From assembly GCA_001643675.2 (NCBI GenBank), contig LSRY02000022.1, positions 372,001 through 436,000 of the forward strand: DNA of 64,000 nucleotides, in the 5' to 3' direction. Below the pieces are notes generated by a model, which saw only the letters and a program-made list of their open reading frames with translations, did no database searches and was not told the origin of the DNA. Of the stretch, positions 28,062 through 40,309 are shown piece after piece; position 1 is the stretch's first letter, and every line of letters begins with the position of its first letter. Both the position numbers and the translations under genes were made by a program. Source of the stretch: Monocercomonoides exilis PA203 (lineage: Eukaryota > Protista > Preaxostyla).

Positions 28062-29453
28062 GGTAAATGCAGAAGATAGGAGTACCTATTTTTTTTGTTT
28101 GATCCTAGAAAAAATGTAATAAACAACAACAAATATATATATTTGTAATATTTATATCACTTAAAGTGAATTTTATTTGCACATTTTTGGAAACAAATTA
28201 TGATCATTTTTTCAGAAAATATGGGATTGATCGGTTTTCGTTATCATTTGATCCTGACTGAAATGGAAACAAATATATCTATTTCGAGATATTTAAGAAT
28301 GTTTATGGACCCTGATTGCGCTTGGACGTGGTATCGAGTGCAATTACTTAATTGCTGTTCCAAAAAATGCATGAATTGTCAAAAACCAATGAATTTATGT
28401 CTTAATATGGGGAAGCGTTGCTGGATATGTAAAAATTGCAAAAGAAAAATAAGTGTTTATAAGGACACTTCGTTTTTCATGTCAAAGATTGGGATATCAA
28501 AACTTCTGCAACTTTTGCTTTTATTATATATGAAATTAAATTTCAAAAAAATCTCGTATTTAGTGGGCATAAGCAGAGATTCTGTTTCATATTGGGCAAG
28601 TGTTTCTCGAACAACTGCTGTTAGCACTGTTGCGAAAATGGATTTGACATTGGGAGGATCAGAGTGCAACGTGGAAATAGATGAAGCCGTTCTTCGCAAA
28701 AGAAAATTCAAAAAAGGAAGGGACAAGCAACAAATATGGATCTTTGGAATGGTGGAGCGAAAAACTGATCGTAACCAAGGAAAATGTTTGATAGTTCGTG
28801 TCGAAAACAGAAAGAAAGAAACTTTAATACCCATTATTGAAAATTTCGTAAAAAAGCAGACAACAGTTTATTCTGACGAGTGGCGAGCGTATTCCTGTTT
28901 GAATTCTTTGGGTTTTAAACATTCAATGGTTTGTCATAAGTATCGGTTCAAAGATAAAATATCATCTGCTTGCACGAATATTATCGAAGGGCTTTGGAGT
29001 CAATTAAGAAGGTTTTTACCACGTACAAGTACAAGATTAAAATTTTTAGATAATTATTTGGCAAGTTTTATGCTGGAAAAAAACAAACCATTTCATTTTC
29101 ACGAGTATGTTAGAATGATTCATGATTTTGTTCCCACAAAGGAGTACGAAAATCAAAAGGAGCAAATTAGAGATTTTGTCGATGAAAACACAGAGACTGA
29201 TAGCGATATAACTCTTACAGCTGAAGGATCATCGGACGAGGATCTAGGAGCAGGTGATGGCAGTGATGCTTCTGAATACACTGAAAATTGAGTTTTTTAA
29301 TATTTTTTTCACATTCACAAAATATCTCAAGAATTCACTCAATATACTTATTTATTTTCTTAAAACAGCATAGAAATCGTCAATGAGTCTTTTTGAGCAC
29401 ATACAAAAATTTTTCCATTAAAAAAATAGGTACCCCTATCTTCTGCTCTTACC
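28062..29453 (+). mobile_element. Merlin DNA transposon, near-intact
   Basis: ~33-bp TIRs GGTAAATGCAGAAGATAGGAGTACCTATTTTTT and rc GGTAAGAGCAGAAGATAGGGGTACCTATTTTTT; perfect 8-bp TSD AATACATG (28054-61 / 29454-61). Confidence 0.92.
28200..29291 (+). CDS. Merlin/ISXO2-like DDE transposase with N-terminal zinc finger and HTH
   Basis: CMNC..WICKNC, VEIDEAVLRKRKFKKGR, WIFGMVER, ETLIPII, VYSDEWRAY, VCHKYRF, TNIIEGLWSQLRR; the true start may be a downstream ATG. Confidence 0.92.
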   Translation: MIIFSENMGLIGFRYHLILTEMETNISISRYLRMFMDPDCAWTWYRVQLLNCCSKKCMNCQKPMNLCLNMGKRCWICKNCKRKISVYKDTSFFMSKIGISKLLQLLLLLYMKLNFKKISYLVGISRDSVSYWASVSRTTAVSTVAKMDLTLGGSECNVEIDEAVLRKRKFKKGRDKQQIWIFGMVERKTDRNQGKCLIVRVENRKKETLIPIIENFVKKQTTVYSDEWRAYSCLNSLGFKHSMVCHKYRFKDKISSACTNIIEGLWSQLRRFLPRTSTRLKFLDNYLASFMLEKNKPFHFHEYVRMIHDFVPTKEYENQKEQIRDFVDENTETDSDITLTAEGSSDEDLGAGDGSDASEYTEN

Positions 29454-29649
29454 AATACATGCTGTTCATAAGTAAATTGAATATAATAAATTGCGGAAAC
29501 GTGTTTATGGAGATATTTTAGAAAAAAATTTTTTTGATCAAAATTAAATATTTTCGAATTTTCATTAAAAAAGTGACTGATTTGTTTTTTTAAAGCTTCG
29601 AAAAAACGAAAAACATATTAAAATGATATTATTCAAATAAGAACAATAT

Positions 29650-30705
29650 TTAAGGCTCATATACAGAGGCACTTGCTCCATCTCCTACTCCGAAATCTTC
29701 ATCAGATCCAACATCGCTACCTTCATTGACAACATCATCTACGTCTGGAATCTCCTCATCTTCATCAATGATTTCTTTTTCTTCTTCTTCTTCTTCCATT
29801 TGAACAGGTTCAATTTCCTTTTCAAAGCACAGATATTTTATTAATTAAATGAACGTTAAATTAAATGTTGATTTCACCAAAAACAGTGAAAGATAATCAT
29901 GCATAAGTCTGATCATTGTTTCAAATCGAGGGAAAGTGCATCGCAAATGTTGTCATAATCCTTCAATTGTATTAAGATAAACACCAGTTTCTGGGTTTCT
30001 GTAATGTATTTTGCGGAACGCATTTTGATGTGTATGTCAAAGTGTTTCCATCAAAGAATAAGCACGTGGTTCATAGGAAATAATAAATGTTCCAGTTTTG
30101 ATGTCTTTCTTGATAATTGGAATTAAAGTTTCCTTTTTTCTGTTAACTACAACAACCATAAACCGTTTCCCCGCTCCACTTCCCTCTAATCTTTTTTCCC
30201 CTCCGAAAATCCACATTGTCTTTTTCTTTCTTCTTCTCCTGTTCTTTTGTTTTCGCCAAATTGTTTTATCAATTTCTGCTGTTGTTCCCTCACCTCCAAT
30301 CTCTCACTGTCTTTCGTTCCACATTTGTGAGCAAGTGCACCGAATCACACTTCCCCAGTATCCGACTGTGTCCTTATCAACAGAAAGAAGCGAAGAAATT
30401 GTTTTGTTTGAAATCCCTAGCCAGTAATATAAACAAATCGGAAGAGTAATTCCCAATCCAATCTTTATTTTGCTTAAAGATATTCCTGAAAGAATGCTTT
30501 ATTAAATTTTGCATTTTGGACAAGTGTAATAGTGATAATTCTTATCATGATAAATTCGTTGATAGCATCTGTGAACTCTGCACATCGGGAGGTCCATTGC
30601 AATTATTTCTCTTTTGAACCATTCCCATGTGCTGGTTTCGTCGTAGAAGAGTTTGTTCAGCGAAGAAATGTTTTCCTCATCATGAAGATCTCGTTCGCGT
30701 GCCAT
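29650..30705 (-). pseudogene. decayed Merlin transposase of the outer element
   Basis: MARERDL..CRVH..YTCPKC; IGGEGTTAEIDKTIWRKQK, MWIFGG, KKETLIPIIKK, ISYEPRAY, TGVYLNTIEGL*QHLR; stops and a frameshift. Confidence 0.85.
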
Positions 30706-32599
30706 GAGATCAAAAAAATACGAACCCTTATTACAAATAATTTTCAAAAATTATTATGGGAGAAAATATTTTTCTTCAAAATTTCATTCAAATATGATAA
30801 TTTCCGCGGATTTTTATTTGTATATTCTTTTATGATAATATATAACTAATTGAAATATAATGATTAGAGTCATTTTTGGTTGTGCCGATATAATCGGATC
30901 ATGCCGTAAATTGTTTAAAGTTGGTAACAGTAATTCATAAATTAGGTTAATGGGAATATAACGTACTGTTCAAAAAATAACATAAAGAAAGTTGTATTTT
31001 TAAAAAAAAGCAAGACTAAATGGATATAAAGCAATCAATAAAATTGAAATATTCATTTTCGACTCAAAATTCAAGTGATAAAAATCGACTTTTTCATCAA
31101 AAAATCTATGATCAAACCCTAATAAAATCATATTTCATAATTTCAAATCAGGTTATTGAGAGGCTATTGGTTTCAATGCCTTCACAACAAGTGAATTAGG
31201 GTATAATATAAATTAAAATATGAACCTTAATTATTGAATAGGGTTTTATTTATCAAAAATGATAAATAAACAGGTGTTTTGTTGATAAAGAATATCAAAA
31301 ACGGGTCACCAATTTAATTATTCGAATTAGACGAAATTCACCAGTTAAAATATCCCACAATGACTTATTTCTTATTTTGATAACGAACATTTCCGTTTAA
31401 AAAAATAATTTGGAACAGTACGTTTTGTACCCACTTACCATAAATTATAATGGTTATTCAAGTGAAACGTATTTGTCAATCTTTTTATTGGAAATGCCTT
31501 TCATTATTTCAACTTTTAGTACATCTTCGTTTGAAACAGTTTTAACAGGATTAATTCCAAAATTAAACCTGCACTTCATTTCGTCGTTCTTGTCCTGAAA
31601 CACTTCAAAAACAAAAGTTTCATTAATTCGTTCCTTCTTCAACGCTTGCAAAATTAGAAAAGTGAAAATATCTTCAAACGTACGAATTGCAAAGGAACTC
31701 AACTGCACACCGAGCCTTGTCTGCCAGATTCGAACTTGATATATTAGGAAAACGGCAATTGATAAAAAGAACATGTGGGTGATTATTTTTGAAATAATTA
31801 TTTTTCATTGTTTTTTTCGGATGCATGAGAATTACGAAACAACATATTTAATCAATAAAAACCAAAATGATAAAATAAAAATTTGTATTTTTTTCTGAAT
31901 ATTTGCAAAAATAAGAAGTGCTTGTAATTTTCCATAATTATTATTGATCGCAAAATAAATAATACTTTCAATCTTGTAAAATGATTTTTTATTGATGTTT
32001 TTTTCAAAAAGGAGGTACTATTTTCAAAGAAGTTATCTCCATCAGAGCACATTGAATTATTTTTATTTTAAAGAAACTGTTTAGGAAGTAGTCTAAGCAA
32101 TTTTGTCTAACTTTTCGAAAAATAACATTTCAGAATGGTTTTCAAATGTTTTTGCTTCTTTTAAGCAATTTCAACATATAACGAACAAATATGAATTGAA
32201 AGATATCTCTTTCTATTTTTTTGTTGTTCAAAAATTGTTATTTATTGAAGTTTCGAGAAATAGTTACAAAAACACATGCATGAACACAAACTGCTTTTTT
32301 CATATTAATTTAAAGAAAATAAAGAATATAACTTAATGAGTTTTTCACAAAAATTAATAAAAATTGAGTTTAGAAAAAGTGAGCAAGGAATTGATAGTTA
32401 TTATTAGAATTGTCAATATTTAAACATTAAAAGCAATTTCTTTTGTTAAAGATTTATTGTGAATTCGTCGTTTCAAAAATAATATTGTTTTATGGAAAGA
32501 TAAAAAAGAGTGACAGAAATTAAAAGAAAGAAAAAGAATTTGTTTTTTATGTTCAAGTTAAATATTTAACTTGCATATGTTGTCCTTTTACAAATTTCA

Positions 32600-34450
32600 C
32601 ACTCATCAACACCTATTTATGAATAAGCTTCCTCAGTGAAATCCCTTTTGTTGATTGCGCATTCTTTATCACAAGAAAGCATTTTTTGCTTCCACAATCT
32701 TCTCCTCCACCTGTCACATCCACACACCTTCCCTCACCAACAACCACAACCACCACTGCCCCCTCTTCCTCTCTGCCCGTGCCTTTCTCTCCTTCACCAA
32801 CTTCACCCTCACCACCCACCAACCTGCCGTCTTCTCCTTCCCCCTCTTCTCCACCCCAAAAAATCTCCTTTCAGATGCCCACTCTCCAATCCCTGCCTCC
32901 ATCTCCATCTCCCATTCCTCTTTCTCCTCGTTCATCCCCCTCGTCCAGCCCTTCCTTTTTTCTCCTTCTTCCCTCTCTTCCACTTCCCCTTCTCCATCTC
33001 CATCCCTTTCCCCTTCTCCTTCATCTTTCTCATCCTCATCCTCATCATCTTCTTTTTCTTCCCCTTCCCCTTCCCCCTTTCCTCTCCATATCCATCTCCA
33101 ATCCCATCCTCACCTCCAAATTCACCTCAATCTCCATCTCTCAAACACCCTCTTCTCCAACATCTCATCTCCCCAATCCCCTCTATCACTTCCATCCCTT
33201 CACTCCCACTCACTCAATTCATTCTTCTCAACCACCTCTTCTTCAAACACCAATACAATCCCCTCCTTCTCCCTTCATTCATCTCTCTCCATCCAATCAA
33301 CCATTTTCCTCCACACTCACAACCCCATTGTTGGTTCCATCCTCCCCAACCTCAACAGCCCATTCACTTCCCTCTCTGCCTTCAACGCCTCTTTCCTCCA
33401 CGAAACACGTTCTTCATCAAATGCTCCTGTTTAACACATTGGAAATGAAACTCACAGAGAGAAACCTGGAAAATTGACTTCTTTTGATCTGAACAGCCAT
33501 CGCTTTGAGTGGTGTGAATGGAATGATTCAAATGGTGGCTCATCATCTGGTGGTGCACTTTCTGTTGTTTGCACAAATGCTAATCTCACAATCACTTCTT
33601 GTTCATTCGATAATTGCTCAACAAGTGATCATGGAGGAGCATTGTATTGTAATGGTTTGTTAAATGTCAACATTGCAAAATCCAATTTCACAAACTGTTC
33701 TGCATTACATGGAGGAGCAACTGTGATAGATGGTCGACAATCATCTTGTGTTTATTTATTTTCTGATAACATGGTGGGAAATTGTTCAATAACAGATTGG
33801 TGTGGAACTGGATGGTTCTTTTATATCAGTGATTTTTCTTCAAACGTTCAATTCCTGTTCACCAAATGCATGTGCATTGCAAATTCTGGTTGCGATTCAT
33901 CTGGTTCTCTCACATTTAATCGTCCTCCACAAAATAAACCAAGTCAGTTTTCAATCAATGAGTGCCAATTTGTAAATAATGAATTGACTTCAACTTCATC
34001 TGCACGCTGCAGTGCTGGTATTTATTTGGATGCAACCTTCACTTGGATGAATGAATTGAACTTCATCACATTCTGCTTTTTCGATGGCAACACCGCAACT
34101 AATGGCAGGGGAAATGATGTGTTTTTCAGTGGTAATGCCATTACTCAATCTCCGTTTGAGAATTGTGGATCAACAACTCCAACACAAAGAGTGTGGAATG
34201 CAGGAACAGCTGACAACGCTGTGTACAATGGCTGGCTCCCCCTCATCGCCCAGAACAAAATCGTTGCCAACAGTGGAACTGATGCTGATGCCTGTGGCAG
34301 ACCCCAACAGGCTCCATGTGCCACCATCGAGTATGCCCTCACTGGTTTCATTTCACTCCTCCAAGACTCCTCCCTCACCCTCCTCACCTCAATATTTGTT
34401 CCCACTCAAACACTCACCTTCAGCGCGGTTGATACAAAAATCACTGGAAA
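32600..34450 (+). pseudogene. truncated paralog of the beta-helix surface-protein gene at 1-2165
   Basis: Colinear with the 1-2000 (-) gene; in-frame TAA (33432-34) where the paralog has GAA; similarity ends abruptly after KITGN (~34450). Confidence 0.8.
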
Positions 34451-35059
34451 TTGTGCATCAACCTCTTCCAAAGTATATTCATGTTACGCACATTATCAAA
34501 ATTCATTTGCTAAATCATTTTTTTTATATCCTCCTCAACTTTTTCCTGTTCTTAATTTCGTCACTCATTGCATGTTTTTCATCAACACTCTTCTCCATGA
34601 TATCTTGAAGCTAATTCTTCATTCGCTTCTTTCCAGTTGTGTCAATCATCCACTTATCAGCAAACTCAGCCTATCACATTACCAAGATTTTATTCAACAA
34701 ACATTATTTTCTTTTCCCATTTCTCATCTGCATTATCATCCTCTCACTTTTCATCTTCTTAACATTCTTCTTCTTCTTCTTCAAAGATGTCCGTCAGACG
34801 ATTCAAGCTTTATGCGCTTGATACTCTACATCCGTCGTCCATTTCGAATGCTGCGATTGAACATGAAGGAGTCCATTTCGAGGCCTGTATAAAACTCGGA
34901 TCAAACTTCCACAGGATGAAGAGATACAACTTATTGAAATTGAACATCTGAATAATTCGGCATATGAATGTGAAGAAAAAGAAGGAGAGCGCTTTAAAAA
35001 AAGGACAGAGAATGAAGAAACAGCAAGAAAAGGGAGATAAACTGATTCACATGTGGGAA

Positions 35060-35770
35060 AAGCAGATGATTAAACCAGAGAACATATGATTACAAAATAA
35101 TCATGGTATATAGCAGGAAACTTCGTCTTCGCTGGACGTTCGTTTGCCAAGACCATCACAATTTCTTCTTCTTCTTCTTCTTCTTCTTCTTCTTCTTCTT
35201 CCATTCTTCTAATTCCTTCATGCAGTTCTCCTCTCTTCATCTTCTCAAACACCTTCACGTCGTATTCTTCTTCTTCAAACGGAATTTTTCCACTTGAAAA
35301 CTCATACAAAATAAGTCCCAATGAAATACAGTAGATTTTTCAGTGGGTTTGATAAAAGATGAAGAAGAAGAAGAAGAATTTAATGAAGAAGAAGAAGAAA
35401 GAGAAGAAGAAAGAGAAGAACCTGAGTAGTTTTCTGAGTCAATTTCTGAGTTTGAGTCTATTTCTTGGTCGACTTCTGTATCACGAATCTGAATATGAAT
35501 CTGGAGTTGAAATTGAAATGGAAGAAGAAGAAGAAGATGATGATGATGAAGAGGAGAATGAAAAGGAAGAAGAAGAATATGAATGATGATGTGGTAATAA
35601 TACAAAAGTATCTGAGTTTTTTTCTTCTTCCTCTTTTTCCTCTTCTTCATTTTCATCATTTTCATTATAATTCTCTTTCTCCTCCTTCTTCTCCTCCTTC
35701 TTCTCTTCCTCTTCCTCTTCCTCTTCATCTTCATCTTCATCTTCATCTTCTTTAAGTTCATGCATTATTC
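35060..35770 (-). pseudogene. decayed C-terminal kinase-like fragment with acidic/Ser low-complexity tracts
   Basis: TEKSTVF..GLILYEFSSGKIPFEE resembles kinase subdomain IX-X; frameshifted; abuts the DIRS terminus. Confidence 0.45.
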
Positions 35771-36120
35771 AGAAATCTTTGAAAGAGAAAATGGTTATTT
35801 CACTTCCTTCTCTTATATTTTTGAGAGCGCCACGTTATGGGTCAGTCACCCAGTTGATCAAAATTGCACTTAATGAAATGGTGAACAAAGGTGCAAATGG
35901 GAAATATTTAAAAGAGAACTGACACTTGGCAAATTGAAAATTATTATAAATGCAGTGAAAACACATGTTTAAAACAAGAAAGATACAATTTAATTAAATT
36001 GAATGTTTTAAAATATAAACTATAAAGAGAAGGAATTATAAGTGTTGAATCTTTTCCCTCATTGTTATTCAGCAATGACGAATTCATAAGGGGATGGGAT
36101 GTCTAAGTTGTGGAGGGAGT

Positions 36121-36225
36121 AAGAGAAGGAAGTGAAATAACCATTTTCTCTTTCAATCAAAACACAAGCGTTTTGATTACAGAGAAAACATATATTTCAC
36201 TTCCTTCTCTTATATTTTTGAGAGC
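36121..36225. repeat. DIRS internal complementary region (ICR)
   Basis: AAGAGAAGGAAGTGAAATAACCATTTTCTCTTTCAA is the rc of the left terminus and is directly fused to TCAAAACACAAGCGTTTTGATTAC...TTGAGAGC, approximately the rc of the right terminus. Confidence 0.85.
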
Positions 36226-36256
36226 ATAGATAATTGGGAAGATTTGATAATATTTA

Positions 36257-37560
36257 TTAGCTTGGACTAATATTCTTTTCTTCATATTGTTTCTTTTCCA
36301 ATTCTTTTCTTCTTTGAGATCTTGTGCGGATAATGAATTCAATCTTAGCCTCTTTGATAACTGTCTGTGAAGCATTGTTTTCTTCGGTGTCCTCTGGTTC
36401 CTCAACTTTATCTGGGTGTGCAAATATTGCTTGTTGTTTTTGATCTCTGTTTTCACATCTCTCCTTTGTTGGTGTTTGATCTTCTGATTTTGAACTGGAA
36501 TTTGTTTCGGAATCGGATTCCGCCTCAGAATCTGAATCGGACTCTGACGCAGACCCACTTTCTTCAGGTTGGAGAATAGTTGAATTGTATCTTGCAATCA
36601 CGTGGGCCAGTTTGCTTGACACATCTGATTGGACGTAATGCTTTGTGATAGTGTTGCTTCTAGGAGAGAGTCTGGAAAACTTAGCAATTTGGGCTAATGG
36701 AATTCCTGCCATTGTTAGCGCAGTGATAGACGCATACTTCAATGAATAAGGCCTGAAACACTTTGGAATCCCAGCATCCTGTAACATTTCAGCTGCATAG
36801 TAACGAATCCTTCTTGCAGAAAGTGTTAGATGAGTTTTCTCATCTATGAATAGTGAAGTTGCAGTTGGCTGAGATTCTTTGATTCTGTTCCAAAGTTCCT
36901 TTACGGAAGCTGCTGGACACACAAGCGGCTGTTCTTTTAGAAACGGGATGATAATGTCTGTACGTTCTGTTGATGTTTTTAATGATGAATCAAGTTTTAT
37001 TGCATCGTCTCCAATTGTTGAATTCTGTAGATTTATCCTTTCCAACTCCGTAAAGCAAGAGGTGGAGAACAACATTCATGTGCATATAGCCTTTTTTGTC
37101 AATTCATGAAAGTCAAGATTCCTGTTCTTTCTTAATGATATTATTGACTTAAGTTGGAGTTGGGGATTCCAGATGTCTGGTTCGTCTTTTTTCTTCGTAT
37201 TATCTGATCTCCGGAATGATTTCAATAACCTTTGCATGAGTGCCGATTCTCCCAGTCCTCGATTGAACAGTAATTCTGAGATAAGAGATAATGCGGCACA
37301 TGTTTGTTTGAGCGTCGAAGCTTTCGTCCCTTTGTCCTTCAGGCTTATGAAAATGGAAGCACAATTTAAACTCACTCACTCCATGCTTCTGATGGATCTC
37401 CGTTTATATTATCTTCTCATATTTCACTGAAACGCGCATAGCTATATGAATATCCTTTCCATGTGTTTTCAGCAACGCAATTTTTGCATTCGTCGATTAC
37501 CCTTTCGGAATATCCCTTTGAAACATGCATTCTCCGAAGACATTCATCTTTTTGCGATTT
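36257..37560 (-). pseudogene. DIRS tyrosine recombinase (disrupted)
   Basis: CVAENTWKGYSYSY, TKKAICT*MLFSTSCFTEL, VCPAASVKELW, RPYSLKYASITALTMAGIPLAQIAKFSRLSPRSNTITKHY. Confidence 0.8.
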
Positions 37561-37599
37561 TAAGTTTTGATAAGGACTATTCTCATTCTGCCTGGTGGA

Positions 37600-39400
37600 A
37601 GACTTGCTTCCATTCGCTTCATCCTTCTTCCTTCTTCCAGGATCTGATTCTGTTCTTTCCCTCTCCATTCGCAGTGTCTCGACATTCTTATCAGTGGTTC
37701 CCATATCTACCCTCTCCAATCTGGCATAAGAAAAAGAACATGTTCATTTTCCTCTAATGATTTCACAATCGTTGGGACTATTAGTGGAATAGGTGGATGG
37801 GCTAAAATAACGCCTCTTTGCCATGATTGCTGGAGTCCATCTTCGTTTTGTGTGCTTCCTGGACCGCCCCATCGGTCCGCTTTCGTGTTCTCCTTCGTTG
37901 CGAACGCATCGAAAGTTATTTTGAAATTGAGGTTTTCCGTGATCTCGTTTCAGTCTTCTTGTTTTATGGAGTAATCTCCCCCTCTTTCTAGCCTGGATAG
38001 AGCATCTGCTCCGACATTCTTCATCCCTGGCAAGTGTTGGGCTTTTATCTGAATGTGACAGTTTGAACAAATGTTCAAATTTTCATCAGCAACTTCCTGA
38101 GATTTGATCCTGCATTCCATCGATTGACATTGAAAACTGCTATTAAATTGTCTAATCTGATGAGCAATCTGCAGATTTTGTTCACCTGAAGAAGGAATCT
38201 GAAATGGTTGAGTGCAGGATTGATTGCATATAATTCCCTGAAATTCGAGCTCTGGCATCTCAATTTCCCTGGAAGCGATTGATGGAAATCGTATTTCTTG
38301 TTGTTCATTTGATGAATCGCTCCCACAGCTCTCTCTGACGCGTCTGTCGTTAAGGTTGCTTGTTGTTGGGATATTGGATTAAGCTATCCCTGTTTTTTCG
38401 CATTCAGTCTCGATATCAATTTTTGAATACTCGGAAGGATTAACGGACTGATTTTCATCCTTCCTTTCCATCCCACCATTCTGACCATTCTGTTCAGCAG
38501 CATGAACATTGTTGGAAGAAGGAGCGAAGCTTCCTTGAAAACGAAGCAAGTTGCACTTAGCTTTCCAAAAAATGAAGCGAAATCTTTGACTCATGTTTGC
38601 TTGCATTTCAGTGCTCGGAGCATCCATCTGTTGCATTCCGTGAGCAATTCTTTCTTTCTGTCTTTCTCCAAAGTTACGGTGAAGTTGGAAGTTTCCCATG
38701 AGTATCCGAGGAATGAAAAACAATTTGATGGTATTATGTGGCTCTTTTCCAGATTCACAATTAGTCCAAGCTTTTGAAGCAGACTTATAACTTCTTGAGC
38801 AATTCTCTTTAGTTCCTGCTTGTCTTGATAGAGCAAGACCACGTCGTCCTAATATGTCACAGCTTTCACCTTCCATCTTTCCCGAATGAAAGCAATGACT
38901 TTTCTCATAATTTTTGTGAATATTCTTAGAGAGTCCTTGTAACCGAAAGGCATGCTGGTGAAGCAATAAAATTCTTTGTTGAATTCGAAGCTTAGAAAAA
39001 GAGTGAAGTCCTTGGGAACCTTGATAAGTTAGTATGCTTGGCATAAATCCAGTGTGACTGCGAAATCCCCCTTCTTTATAAATCTTTCTTAAATACGATA
39101 ATGTTCTTTTTTGAAGTGAATAGTTTTTATCGCGTTGTTTAACCTCCTGCAATCTACAATCTGTCTCCAGCTCCCGTTCCTTTTCCTGACTACAAATATT
39201 GGATTGACAAATTTCACTTGGTTTTTGGTGATTTTCCTGAGAATTCCAGTTTTCACTTGAACTTTTTTCAATTTTGCAAAAGCTTCCCTTGTTTCTTATG
39301 ATTCATCCAGTCTCCTGCAACTTTATTGAGAATTGATAAAGGTTTAACGAGCTTTGGCACTCCTCCAAACCTGAACAACTCCTCTTTTGATCATCTTTTC
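37600..39400 (-). pseudogene. DIRS pol: reverse transcriptase, RNase H and methyltransferase-like domain (disrupted)
   Basis: RT: NPIFVVRKRNGSWRQIVDCRRLN, TLDLCQAY, MPFGY, Y*DDVVL, FSFLGYSW. RNase H: LTTDASE, SSNFRELYAI, RLDN, HLPGMKNVGADALSR. MT-like: FDAFATKEN..DGLQQSW..LAHPPIP. Confidence 0.88.
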
Positions 39401-39449
39401 TCCTCCCACCATCTTCCAATCCTTGGCAAATAATACCTTTTTTTTACCA

Positions 39450-40309
39450 ATTGTTAAGTCGTGTTTTATTGTGACTTTGCATTGTCCCCTGAACTTCCTC
39501 TTGAGGAACCTCTTGAAGCGCTGCTTGTGAAAAATGATAGTCTTGCTCTGGTTGTCCGGGGCCAATCTCGAAAAAACAGATAATTCTTTAATCCGCTTTG
39601 AAATCCCCCGGTTTATTTCTTCCTTGCATATGAATTTGCAATGCTTGCCGACCCCCATCTCAATTTTGAGGATGTTTTCTTTGATTCTTCAAGAATATCT
39701 TTTTGCCTTTGAGTTAGCAGCGATGATGAAAATTCGTCTTTCATTTTTTCTGATTCAGAAAACCCATATCTTGCTTGTATTCTAACGTGTCGAGCTTCTT
39801 TCAGAGCTTGGGATTAAAGCAAACATGAATCTGCTATCATTTCTTTTGTTGTATCTCCTGACTTGATTGTTGAGCATGCTGAAATTAGTAACTATTTTTA
39901 CCAAATAAAGATATGTTTCCGTCCGTTCCCCCGCACGATCGATAGCATCTTTCCAAAATACTTTGGATCTATTAAATGGTGGTGGAGCATTCTGGAATAT
40001 AGGACTCAAATCTTCATCTTTCAATAATGATAACGCTTCGTTAATTTCATTCTCTGGAAGATGCTTATCGAAAAGTGAAACCTCTGGAGGCTGTTCAAAT
40101 ATTTCGATAAATGTTTGTTGAAGAGAACAATCTCCTTCATCCTCTTCAATTCGTGTTGGATCTGTACGTCCATCAAGTGCAGACTGAACATTTGATTGGG
40201 AAGCGAAATAACTCCCTGATATTGGGGGAATTGCACTCAGAGGGTCTCCAGTCAGCGGAGCTGCACAAAGTTTGGTAGCGAGTCCGGTTCCCATGAAAAT
40301 AGTCGACAT
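39450..40309 (-). pseudogene. DIRS gag-like ORF1 (frameshifted)
   Basis: ATG at 40309 lies immediately inside the ITR; 175-aa ORF followed by basic fragments; assigned by position upstream of RT only. Confidence 0.5.

Larger units (their letters stand above)
27996..30905 (-). mobile_element. older Merlin (IS1595/ISXO2-like) DNA transposon, disrupted by a younger Merlin
   Basis: Imperfect TIRs GGCATAATCCGAATATATCGG and rc GGCATGATCCGATTATATCGG; 8-bp TSD GTATATTG (27988-95) / GTAAATTG (30906-13). Confidence 0.8.

Noticed and set aside
28200-29291. IS1595-like transposase as bacterial contamination or recent HGT
   Set aside because: It has TSDs within eukaryotic DNA and a decayed relative around it, consistent with the resident Merlin superfamily.
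33432-33434. In-frame TAA in a conserved gene, suggesting TAA/TAG reassignment as in some oxymonads
   Set aside because: It aligns to Glu (GAA) in the paralog, a single G-to-T change. Intact genes here end in TAA/TAG (15954, 18644, 47426, 59252) and long ORFs contain none internally.
36257-39400. Phage integrase plus RT suggesting a prophage, retron or DGR
   Set aside because: ITRs, ICR and the gag-RT-RNaseH-MT-YR order are fully explained by a DIRS1 retrotransposon.
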